The position numbers and the translations under genes were made by a program. From the sequence record AP019418.1: a stretch of DNA of 64,000 nt, one strand, 5' to 3'. The notes beneath the pieces are model-generated. The model worked only from the letters and a program-made list of their open reading frames with translations, made no database searches and had not been told where the DNA came from. Shown here one piece after another: positions 47,040 through 56,021 of this stretch (the stretch's first letter is position 1; each line of letters begins with the position of its first letter).

Positions 47040-47834
47040 TCACTGTTTGATTAAATTTGACACTGCTTCTTGTTTACATTGAGTATTCATCCATAATGCA
47101 ATGTCTTTGGGTTCTTGTCCAGTTTCCACCATATCGATAATGATACGGGTATTACGTTGTGCTTTCTCACGGGCATTTAACATATCAGGATCATTAATAA
47201 TGAATTCCCTACCCATAACTGGATCTAATCCAATATAAGCTTTAGATGCAATAGTTCTCACCATTGCTTCATATTGGTCACATCCACGTTCAGTTAATAC
47301 AAGGTTATCTGCATTGGCACTACCGCCAAATAGCAAACCTAGGAATCCATAGAAAAAAGTGTGACGTATTGTCTTCCAACAAATACGCATCTCTTCATTT
47401 TTTGTATAAAGCTTTTCCCAATCAAACATTAAATAGAAACTTTCTTTTTGGATAGAAGGGTGTAACCAAATAGGTTTAATACTTACTTCAAGAAGTTTAC
47501 TATTTGGATTTTTACCAATAAAGATAACTTCAACAATGGCTCGTGCTAAAGCATCTTTTTCTTTACCATTCCATCCAAATTTTATTTCATCAGCCGTGAT
47601 ATAAAGACGTATTCCGTCACCCACGTATTTGGGTAACCAAACAGCTTTACCTAGTTGCATTGGAACACTATTAGGGATCCCCCCAACCATCCAGGTAGCA
47701 TTGGTGAAATGAATAGCGACATCATCATTTAACCACTTTAGAATAGCTGGCCTTACCCAGCTATCTACCAAATTACCACATGTCAATGCAGCTAGCATAG
47801 CCATGAGTATAATGACAATATAAATACTAACCAT
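47040..47834 (-). CDS. membrane protein fused to a secreted two-Cys module
   Basis: N-terminal TM; internal signal-like MRICW...GLLFGGSANA then TERGC...TQC. Confidence 0.65.
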   Translation of the reverse strand: MVSIYIVIILMAMLAALTCGNLVDSWVRPAILKWLNDDVAIHFTNATWMVGGIPNSVPMQLGKAVWLPKYVGDGIRLYITADEIKFGWNGKEKDALARAIVEVIFIGKNPNSKLLEVSIKPIWLHPSIQKESFYLMFDWEKLYTKNEEMRICWKTIRHTFFYGFLGLLFGGSANADNLVLTERGCDQYEAMVRTIASKAYIGLDPVMGREFIINDPDMLNAREKAQRNTRIIIDMVETGQEPKDIALWMNTQCKQEAVSNLIKQ

Positions 47835-47837
47835 ATT

Positions 47838-48197
47838 CTACTCCAAGTTAAATTTAGTACCAATTGCTTCAACACAGTTTTCAGCTAGCCTATCTAGAAT
47901 AGCTCCATTGGTAAATCCTTTTCGTTTATTTACGCGAATATCAACTAAGTTTAATTTAGCATATACGGTACCTGCATAGAACTCTAAGTCATCCATATCC
48001 TTACGAGAGATCATATCTAACTGCATCATTATCTCAAATTGGGATAGGTTCTTATCATAAAGCTCAGTTGCTTTTTGTGAAAGATTTACTGCCACATTAC
48101 ATGATTTCTTAGTAATACCCACTTCTACAGCGTGGGCAGGCTGACATGCAATGGACAGGATTGGCAGGAAAAGGAATAATAGCCAATTCTTAAGCAT
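47838..48197 (-). CDS. secreted two-Cys helical protein (family member)
   Basis: signal peptide ending AHA; TKKSC...ENCVEAIGTKF. Confidence 0.75.
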   Translation of the reverse strand: MLKNWLLFLFLPILSIACQPAHAVEVGITKKSCNVAVNLSQKATELYDKNLSQFEIMMQLDMISRKDMDDLEFYAGTVYAKLNLVDIRVNKRKGFTNGAILDRLAENCVEAIGTKFNLE

Positions 48198-48209
48198 GTT
48201 GTACCTCCA

Positions 48210-48617
48210 TTATTTTAGAGTAAGTGGTTTTGCTTCAAACGCACCTGCCGCTACACAACGCTGGAAATAACCATCAATGATGAATTTCTCAGGAGTGGTC
48301 TTATAGACTTTAGCAGCATTTGTTGCACGTGGCAAACTTGCCTCAATTGCCATTTTATCTACCTTAGACCATAGGTAAAATAGACCAGTGAGTTCTTCAA
48401 CTTTAGACTGGTTGGTCTTTAGATCTTTAGTGTTATTAAGGATATAATGAATCCTTTCATAAGTCTTCATTTGCACTTCAGTTACAGATGCACCTTTTAC
48501 AAACAATTCATCTGCCTGTTTTACAAACTCGATGCATGAATCACGATTAGTGTACATGACAGCCGAGTTAGCAGTGATAGTTACAATAGACAACATAAAT
48601 ACAATTACATATTTCAT
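48210..48617 (-). CDS. secreted two-Cys helical protein (family member)
   Basis: signal peptide; TNRDSC...QRC. Confidence 0.7.
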   Translation of the reverse strand: MKYVIVFMLSIVTITANSAVMYTNRDSCIEFVKQADELFVKGASVTEVQMKTYERIHYILNNTKDLKTNQSKVEELTGLFYLWSKVDKMAIEASLPRATNAAKVYKTTPEKFIIDGYFQRCVAAGAFEAKPLTLK

Positions 48618-48643
48618 AATGAATTACCTCAAAATTAATTTTA

Positions 48644-48907
48644 TTAACTATTGGTTTCACCACGAGTATTGAATTCTAAATCCAATACAACTTTAGTAAA
48701 TTCTTCCAGTGCACCACCCTCGTAGATGAGTGGGTCACTGTCACCCCGGTACATGCTACCTACCGGTACTTGACCACGAAACACCATCAGCATATCGTTT
48801 TTTACTATGACATGATGTTCATCCCCGACAGCAATGTCTTGGATGTGTCTCCAGCGTTCACGCAGTAAGCTGCAAGCGCACCATACGGATTTCAAACGTT
48901 CAGTCAT
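48644..48907 (-). CDS. hypothetical protein (87 aa)
   Basis: GAGGG RBS; follows early promoter 48941-48948. Confidence 0.7.
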   Translation of the reverse strand: MTERLKSVWCACSLLRERWRHIQDIAVGDEHHVIVKNDMLMVFRGQVPVGSMYRGDSDPLIYEGGALEEFTKVVLDLEFNTRGETNS

Positions 48908-49025
48908 TGTATTGCCCTCTTGGTTATTAAATTCATATTTGTAATATAGCTTTTTAAATAGTTTAAATACAAAAAAAGATAAATAAAACCCTCCCCGAAG
49001 GGAGGGTGTATATTAAGTAATTATT

Positions 49026-49682
49026 TTAACATACAATTTCATTATCAGAAAATAGTTTATTATATTCTTTTAGTGCATCCCCACCAACCATAGTACACCT
49101 GCCATAGAGAACAGATATAGCCAGATCTTTAATAGCGGGGTGACAATTATTTAACTTACTGATTAGTTGAGCTTTCTCAGTCAGATACAGTTCAGCAAAA
49201 TCAGGCTTATCATTAACAATCGACCACATGTTTGAAATGGAATCTAGTAACTTAAGAGATTGACCACTCCATGAAATGCGAGAAAGTCTTTCATGTTGTA
49301 AACTAATCCTAGTTTTACGATTACCTTCGTAAGTTACATTTGTTAGTTCAGTTACTAAATTAACAACAGGGATTGAGAATAGTTTAGTTAGATCAGAAGC
49401 AGTTACAGCAGTATCCTCAATTACATCATGTAACCATGCTGCTTTATAAGCAGCGTGAGATAGGTCGAATAATTGCGCCATCTCAGCTACTTGTAATAAA
49501 TGATGCCAGTAAGGTTTTCCTGAACCATCTCGCAATTGACCAACAGCAGTATGTGCCGCAATGGCATATGATGCAGCCATTGCATTACCCGCATTGGAAT
49601 ATTTGCCATTACCTAGATGGTTAGTTAAGAGAATATTCTCTTTCCCTCCTTCTAGAATATCGATAATTTCATTCATTAGCAT
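49026..49682 (-). CDS. RelA/SpoT-type HD hydrolase (small alarmone hydrolase, Mesh1-like)
   Basis: AH..Q.R..SGKPY..H...VA; AAWLHDVIEDT; LKLLDSISNM; no synthetase domain. Confidence 0.85.
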   Translation of the reverse strand: MLMNEIIDILEGGKENILLTNHLGNGKYSNAGNAMAASYAIAAHTAVGQLRDGSGKPYWHHLLQVAEMAQLFDLSHAAYKAAWLHDVIEDTAVTASDLTKLFSIPVVNLVTELTNVTYEGNRKTRISLQHERLSRISWSGQSLKLLDSISNMWSIVNDKPDFAELYLTEKAQLISKLNNCHPAIKDLAISVLYGRCTMVGGDALKEYNKLFSDNEIVC

Positions 49683-49712
49683 AGCTATATTCCTATTTAA
49701 ATTATTGGAAAC

Positions 49713-50147
49713 CTAATATAGGTCTTCACTAAATAAATATTTAGTTACTAATCTATTTTCTAATTCAGCTCGATATAACTGATTATTATTCTTAGCGATA
49801 ATTACTGCTTCTTCCCTAGAGTGGAAGTTTTCATACTGATCAATAAAACCTTGTTCATGATCATCTCCTGCATATTCATGCAATACCTTAAGACCACCAT
49901 ACATTAGCTGTTGTTGAGTCATTATGATTGATGAATGCCTCGCTGCAATGAAATAAACATCCTTCCATCTATTGCAGGCGGCAACTATCCTTAATTTCAC
50001 ATCGGGATGTTGTTCCCACCACCATAGACCAGTTTCCTCATTCCAATACCTTTCTTTCATTTGAGTTTTTCTAAACTCACCTTGTATGTCTAAAAGTCTA
50101 AATGCCTCTTCTTTAGACATAGCTTGTAGAATAGGATACTTATCCAT
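49713..50147 (-). CDS. conserved phage hypothetical protein
   Basis: RIVAAC...ARH...EQGFIDQ...SREEA..IA...Q...LFSEDLY pattern. Confidence 0.75.
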   Translation of the reverse strand: MDKYPILQAMSKEEAFRLLDIQGEFRKTQMKERYWNEETGLWWWEQHPDVKLRIVAACNRWKDVYFIAARHSSIIMTQQQLMYGGLKVLHEYAGDDHEQGFIDQYENFHSREEAVIIAKNNNQLYRAELENRLVTKYLFSEDLY

Positions 50148-50197
50148 TTAATACAGATACCTAATTGCGAAATAGAAAGAGCCCCGAAGGGCTCTTA

Positions 50198-50554
50198 TTA
50201 TACAAGTAGCTTTTCAATAGTGAAGCTTGTCCAGACCATTGCCCTATAACCAACACTCTCTTCAGTATAAGTGATATCATCAAACTTATTAGGTGGCATG
50301 AAACCACGTTGTGTACTAGCATCAGTCACAACAAGATTAGAATCTTTTAAAGTTTCATTTAGAGCCTTAAGTTTATCCTTACTAATTGATCCCTTAACAT
50401 GGAACTTAAAATAAGCATAGCCTTTATGATTGATACGACAACTGTCAAGAACAGTTTGTTTATCATTCATTTGACTCATCAGATCACTAATAACTGCATC
50501 ATCTACAGGAGTATCATCATTGACAATATTGATTAATTCAATATAAGTTGGCAT
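50198..50554 (-). CDS. hypothetical protein (118 aa)
   Basis: AAGGA RBS; followed by terminator 50177-50195. Confidence 0.8.
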   Translation of the reverse strand: MPTYIELINIVNDDTPVDDAVISDLMSQMNDKQTVLDSCRINHKGYAYFKFHVKGSISKDKLKALNETLKDSNLVVTDASTQRGFMPPNKFDDITYTEESVGYRAMVWTSFTIEKLLV

Positions 50555-50611
50555 TCTTTTTGTTTCCTTAATTAGATAAACTACATAAGATAATTTTTAA
50601 TTGATATTCTA

Positions 50612-51511
50612 TTAAATTTTTAATAGGAGCCCACTGTGATTAAATGAGATAATACAGTTATGTCCCATCATGGCAATATGATAAGATATTATATTATCAC
50701 GTGTATCATTTGAAATCTTGTTCACCTTAAATTCATTCATGATCGCATTATGAATGGCTAAGTCTTTTTCTCGATACTGCTTTGAGAAAAACATAATATC
50801 ATTATGATTAATATTGATAGTATCCATTGTATTAAGAAAATCTTCAACATCAAACTTTTTAATAGTTTCAGATTTTCCAACACAACGCTCGGTTTTATCA
50901 ATTAATGAAAAACCAATAGTCCTAATTGGTTCATCCTTATTATGGAAGCTATAATTGGTAATACTCATACCTACCAATAGTCCATTTTTATCTACATTAA
51001 CTACTTTAGAATCAGTGTACTTATAAATATCATTGATTGCATAACCAGCTGAATATAATACATCTTTAAAATGACTAGTTACTTTATCAATAATAAAGTT
51101 TTGATAATCTGATTGATATAGTTTATCACTATATTCAAGCTTTTTGATAATATCACTTAGTTCATGATACACATTAGTAAAACTATTCGAAAAATAATTA
51201 TCTTTTATTCCTAACCTAGTTAACAGATCTAGCTGGATTTCTTTTTTAGATAGTTTCGTAGAATTACTAAGTTTTTCAATGACGGATGTAATTGTACGTA
51301 GATCAATTGCTAGTGAAAGTGATTTAAAGATATTATTAATTGGTGTATCAGATAGCTTTGAAATAGCTATTAGTAGATTATCTAATTCATCATTAGTAAT
51401 TTTCAGTTCTTTCACAATGTCATTATATTCAATTAGTTTACCATCAATAATATTACAGATTAGAAGTTTATGTAATTCTTTAATAGTGGTATTAACTTGT
51501 AGATTATTCAT
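50612..51511 (-). CDS. hypothetical protein (299 aa)
   Basis: ORF track. Confidence 0.75.
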
Positions 51512-51531
51512 TTTTTTACCTTTTAGTTAAT

Positions 51532-51969
51532 TTAAAATTTATTTACAGTTCTAAGAAAATATTCAGATGGATCGTCGAAGAAGACAATACTATCAACAAC
51601 ACTATTTTGTCGAGTACACCTTACTTTGATAAGATTATATTCTCTGAATTTATTAAGACCCCAAGCTTCTTTAGCACGATGGCGTAATCCACTACCAACA
51701 ATAGCCCCATACCTAGTTTGTTCAACAAATAAATAAACATCCCAGCCATGATGATTATCATGGTATTTTGCGTAGTATTTATTGTCTTTAGTTTTGTTTA
51801 AACTAAGACTATACCTTTCTGTCTGTAGTTGATTAATATTCGATTTAATCATTTCATTTAATTTGGGTTCCACTATATGAATGACATCGCCAGCAGTAGT
51901 GGCCATTACCTTTAGTTTGTGATGCACGTTCGTAAGAACGTCCTCCCAAATGTTAGTAACTACGTCCAT
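51532..51969 (-). CDS. hypothetical protein (145 aa)
   Basis: first gene after early promoter 52015-52022. Confidence 0.75.
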   Translation of the reverse strand: MDVVTNIWEDVLTNVHHKLKVMATTAGDVIHIVEPKLNEMIKSNINQLQTERYSLSLNKTKDNKYYAKYHDNHHGWDVYLFVEQTRYGAIVGSGLRHRAKEAWGLNKFREYNLIKVRCTRQNSVVDSIVFFDDPSEYFLRTVNKF

Positions 51970-52080
51970 CTATTAAAACCTCGACACATTAATTTGATTT
52001 TGTAATACACACATGTAATATATATCTCAAATAAAATTTAGTGCAATAGCCCTCCCCGAAGGGAGGGCCATATGCTCTTA

Positions 52081-52410
52081 TTATCGATTAACTACACGAT
52101 AATTATCAATAATAAACTCGATGTACTGTTCGACATCATGTAAGAAGCAGTTGTAACTATACCGATCAAGTTTATTTAAAGCTTCAGTTAGAACTGGTTC
52201 GATATAGATATTTATTTCAGCTATTGATGGAATCTCAACATACTTGTTTTCATATTCGGTAAGCTGCTCCTTTACCTTAGCCATTTGCTTTTTGTAAATG
52301 TATTCCATCGACCATTCTTTATAAATGGAACGTGCCCCATCAAAGAGATGGTAACCAAATGCAATACCACCAAGCACCAGAACACCAGTGGAAATAGTTG
52401 ACATATTCAT
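52081..52410 (-). CDS. early membrane-anchored protein, probable phiKZ gp241 counterpart
   Basis: N-terminal TM; own early promoter (52447-52454) and terminator (52049-52069); sixth gene after thyA (gp235) by synteny. Confidence 0.5.
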   Translation of the reverse strand: MNMSTISTGVLVLGGIAFGYHLFDGARSIYKEWSMEYIYKKQMAKVKEQLTEYENKYVEIPSIAEINIYIEPVLTEALNKLDRYSYNCFLHDVEQYIEFIIDNYRVVNR

Positions 52411-52538
52411 GACATATCTCCTTTTTTCAAGATTGAATTCACATTAGTAATATACTGTTAAAATATGTTTGAATACAAAAAATAAAATATAAAGCCTCCC
52501 CGAAGGGAGGACTTTATGGTGACTTTGTAAAAGACTTA

Positions 52539-53066
52539 TTATAGTTGAAAGTCTTTATCTTCTTCAATGATTTCATAACCTGGTAAATTAACTATATTTT
52601 TATTTAAACGAACTCGTTCATCTACTAGGTATTTAACTACTTTAAGTAATTGACTTATCGACAGGTCATTATTTTCATCAGTATCTGATTTAAAAATACG
52701 ACCACTGGTAGGTGAAGCATTCGTAAAACAAATACCTTCATTATCTTTATAAATATCATAATACCATACGACATATGGATTATTGGTATTACTTATGACA
52801 AATACTAAAAACAGATCTTCATCATCACCTTGACCATTCAGGATCCCGATATTTTTTCGATGCGTTATACCACCTGTAATAACTAGGCCGTTGACATCAT
52901 CACTGAATTTAAATATATCATACCCACCTTCAAGTTTACCATTTTCAAAATACTGTAATAGCGCACCACCTACTACAGCACCCCATGAAAAGAAGTTATC
53001 TTTATTTAAATGCTCAACCATCTTAAAAATCCTCTTTAGGTTCAGTGATCCGAGAATAAAGAACAA
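52539..53066 (-). CDS. hypothetical protein (about 160 aa from MVEHL)
   Basis: GAGGA RBS before MVEH. Confidence 0.7.
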   Translation of the reverse strand: MFFILGSLNLKRIFKMVEHLNKDNFFSWGAVVGGALLQYFENGKLEGGYDIFKFSDDVNGLVITGGITHRKNIGILNGQGDDEDLFLVFVISNTNNPYVVWYYDIYKDNEGICFTNASPTSGRIFKSDTDENNDLSISQLLKVVKYLVDERVRLNKNIVNLPGYEIIEEDKDFQL

Positions 53067-53207
53067 ACATATCAGTTAGGATATTTCTATCTAGAATGGT
53101 ACGTGTAAGTAAGATTCCATATTGAAATATACCTGTAGTATACAAATTATAAAACAACATAAAAAGAGAGAGGATAAATTCCTCTCTCTTTATGCAACTA
53201 AATAGTT

Positions 53208-53330
53208 TTATTCTTTTTGCTTTTCTTTAGCTTCACGTTTAGCTTTGAGTTCTGCATTATTAAGCCGCCAAGCAGCTTGCATAGTAGCTAGATTGACAAA
53301 CTTAGGCTGTTGCTTATTTTTAACTTTCAT
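53208..53330 (-). CDS. small basic protein (40 aa), not in ORF track
   Basis: MKVKNKQQPKFVNLATMQAAWRLNNAELKAKREAKEKQKE. Confidence 0.6.
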   Translation of the reverse strand: MKVKNKQQPKFVNLATMQAAWRLNNAELKAKREAKEKQKE

Positions 53331-53401
53331 TTGCTAATTCCAAATTTATTTCAAATGGTTAATCTAAACTATTAAATTGCTTCATATTCTTCATGCATAA
53401 T

Positions 53402-53695
53402 TTAATCCTCAGTCAGCGTAGTATAATCTACATAAAGATCATTGAGTTGCTCTTTTAATGAAATATTTATTTTTAATTCATTAAGAGTAATCCTATTCCA
53501 ATGTTTACGCGGATTACCACATAGCATACAACGAGACCTACCGCAGTTAAACGGATTATGTTTACGCCATTTACCTTTAGCCTTTGCTGAAGGATTAGTG
53601 TCATTATAACGACTCTCGGCTAGTGAAACATAATAATTAACTATACGAGTATTGTGATGACGATTAAGTTGTGCAGATAGTTTGTTGCTTGACAT
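53402..53695 (-). CDS. small basic Cys-rich protein
   Basis: HNPFNCGRSRCMLCGNPRK, possible zinc site. Confidence 0.7.
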   Translation of the reverse strand: MSSNKLSAQLNRHHNTRIVNYYVSLAESRYNDTNPSAKAKGKWRKHNPFNCGRSRCMLCGNPRKHWNRITLNELKINISLKEQLNDLYVDYTTLTED

Positions 53696-53794
53696 ATTTA
53701 TACTCCACCTTAATACCCCTACCCCAATATGGAGTAGGGTAAAGTATGTAGTAGAGTAAATTTAATACATTAACTTTTAACATTCTAAACTTCA

Positions 53795-54295
53795 TTAATT
53801 TTCCACAATATCCTGGATGGTACGTAGACTTTCTTGCATTGTCAGTAAGAAATTACGATAAGGTTCACTGGTGTCCAAAAAAGGTGGCATGTTTAACCTA
53901 TTAGTAACCTCTTCTAGAAATTCTTTATACTTATAAAGATTAATAGTGAATTTATTACAATCTGGATCAGTAGTAGTTGGGATAATATAATTACGAATAA
54001 TGTAGTAAATATGAAAACTGCTACCATATTCAATTAAAGTATAAGGATTATCATCAATGAATTTCTGTGCTTCTTTTCCTTTTAAGGCGAAATCTTCTCG
54101 TTCAACGATTTCATGAAGTAGCGGCCCTAAGAATTGCATTGGAATCACACCATACATTTTAGTGAATTCCTTAATATCTTTATATGTTACTTTTGGATTA
54201 GGATATACCTCACGATTCCTACCAATATTTCTAACTAGATATAGTTTTTCTTTTACTAAGATATTTTCGATGCATAGTTCATCTTTAAATAGCAT
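53795..54295 (-). CDS. hypothetical protein (166 aa)
   Basis: AAGGA RBS. Confidence 0.75.
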   Translation of the reverse strand: MLFKDELCIENILVKEKLYLVRNIGRNREVYPNPKVTYKDIKEFTKMYGVIPMQFLGPLLHEIVEREDFALKGKEAQKFIDDNPYTLIEYGSSFHIYYIIRNYIIPTTTDPDCNKFTINLYKYKEFLEEVTNRLNMPPFLDTSEPYRNFLLTMQESLRTIQDIVEN

Positions 54296-54344
54296 AAAAT
54301 ATTTTCCTTTTAATAAGATGGTATTAAACTTTTTTCTTTATTGA

Positions 54345-55178
54345 CTAATATTTTCTTCGTTCGATATCCTGTAGTTTCGCGAATGTGTCGAGCTTGTATT
54401 GGTCAACAAAATGCCAGGCTAGATCGGTAAGTGTATAGATGTCCGGACGTTCGTATTTACCGAAGTCTGGTTTCTCACGACTCAATTGAAAATCGATGAA
54501 CTGATCTAATATAGGGCAACGATCTATCAGATCCTGTTCAATAGACCCAACCTTATCATTAACCAGTTCTTGGATACGTTTATAAATGATAGGATCTGAC
54601 AGAAGAGGCAGTAGGTCATGGAATACCATCGGCGGATGTTCCAGACTTTCACGGACCCACATTGCAGCCAACAGAGGACGAAGAGAATAGAAGTATTTCT
54701 TCATCCGGATCTTCTCATCTGACAACCAACGCATTTTGGTTTGTTTGGCCATCGAGATATAGTGCATGTAACTCGATTCAGGGATGAAGTGTTTTAGCGC
54801 AGCATCGCGGATTAACATGTAGTCCCGATCAACCTTACGGTAAACGATTGGGGAGTTTAGCCATTCCAAGAGAGTGGGGTTAGACTTGTAAGCAAGCTGA
54901 AGAGTCTTAGTGATACTCCAACCAGCTAGGTCTAGTTCTTTAGACACCATCTCTTCAATAGTATCACGTGCTTCATTATCCACACGAACATAATGACTCG
55001 GATGGTTAACGTAAATGAAACGAACGTCATAGTCACTATTGGTTGAAGCAAAGCCCCATCCACGACTACCGGACTCACAAGCATAAATAATCTTTACACC
55101 ATATTTCTTTTCGATACGGTCTAGTTCTACATTAATCGTTACCCGCATCTCATCGTTAACTGGATGACGTTGATCCAT
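54345..55178 (-). CDS. Pol-beta superfamily nucleotidyltransferase (RlaP/YcgL-like)
   Basis: ACESGSRGWGFASTNSDYDVRFIY; DLAGW; KSNPTLLEWLNSPIVY; KKYFY.LRP.LA. Confidence 0.9.
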   Translation of the reverse strand: MDQRHPVNDEMRVTINVELDRIEKKYGVKIIYACESGSRGWGFASTNSDYDVRFIYVNHPSHYVRVDNEARDTIEEMVSKELDLAGWSITKTLQLAYKSNPTLLEWLNSPIVYRKVDRDYMLIRDAALKHFIPESSYMHYISMAKQTKMRWLSDEKIRMKKYFYSLRPLLAAMWVRESLEHPPMVFHDLLPLLSDPIIYKRIQELVNDKVGSIEQDLIDRCPILDQFIDFQLSREKPDFGKYERPDIYTLTDLAWHFVDQYKLDTFAKLQDIERRKY

Positions 55179-55585
55179 TATCCACCAACCTTTTCAAATT
55201 TGAGTTTTTCTTCTTTACCTGTGTCCAGATACATGAACATCGATGTACCCAGCAAGTTGTATACAAACCAACCTTTGCTCACAAGTTCCTCTTCGAATTT
55301 CAGTGGTGCCGATAGTTCGCATATAGCCTCGTACGGGATGACAATAGGCTCTTTCTCGGGCTTAGTAAGAATCAGTGCATGATCTGCAAGCTTCAACCAT
55401 TGTTTGCGACTACTGATACCAAGACCAATACTAAACTCTTCACCTGGATCTTTTCCGTTAAAAAGGCTACAGCGAGTTTCTTTGGTTACTCTATTACCGG
55501 CGATACCGATCGTGAGAGGATCAGGAAAGACCCCCATCAGTTCAATAACCATTTCAAGTTGACGCTTCAGTTCAGTGTTGTTCAT
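55178..55585 (-). CDS. hypothetical protein (135 aa)
   Basis: TAATG coupling to nucleotidyltransferase. Confidence 0.75.
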   Translation of the reverse strand: MNNTELKRQLEMVIELMGVFPDPLTIGIAGNRVTKETRCSLFNGKDPGEEFSIGLGISSRKQWLKLADHALILTKPEKEPIVIPYEAICELSAPLKFEEELVSKGWFVYNLLGTSMFMYLDTGKEEKLKFEKVGG

Positions 55586-55718
55586 AGGACAAATTCCTTT
55601 GTATTGTATTTACGTACTACATCGGTCCACTAGGTAGGAGTCTGTGCATAGTAGTATTCGTTGAATATCCCAAATGAACCATAGGGAAATAAAGCCTCCC
55701 CAAAGGGAGGCATTTATG

Positions 55719-56021
55719 TTAGACAGCAACTTTACCAGCAATGTGTGGATGATATTCGTAGTTCTCGATAACAAAATCATCTACACCAATTTCCCGAATA
55801 TCTTTACCAATAGCTTCTTGTTTGAAACAAATAGTTGGTAGAACTTTCGGTTCACGAGTTAATTGAAGATCAGTTTGTTCTTGGTGGTTAGAGTAAATAT
55901 GTACATCGCCGCCAGTCCAGATAAACTCTTCAGCAATCATATTCATTTGGTTAGCCAGCATATGAGTAAGCAGACTATAGAACGTGATGTTAAAGGGTTT
56001 TCCTAAGAAAGTATCGACGCT
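55719..56021 (-). CDS. thyA: thymidylate synthase, exon 2
   Basis: SVDTFLGKPFNI..YSLL...GDVHIYSNH...P..KVAV; continues YQR of exon 1. Confidence 0.93.
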   Translation of the reverse strand, partial: SVDTFLGKPFNITFYSLLTHMLANQMNMIAEEFIWTGGDVHIYSNHQEQTDLQLTREPKVLPTICFKQEAIGKDIREIGVDDFVIENYEYHPHIAGKVAV

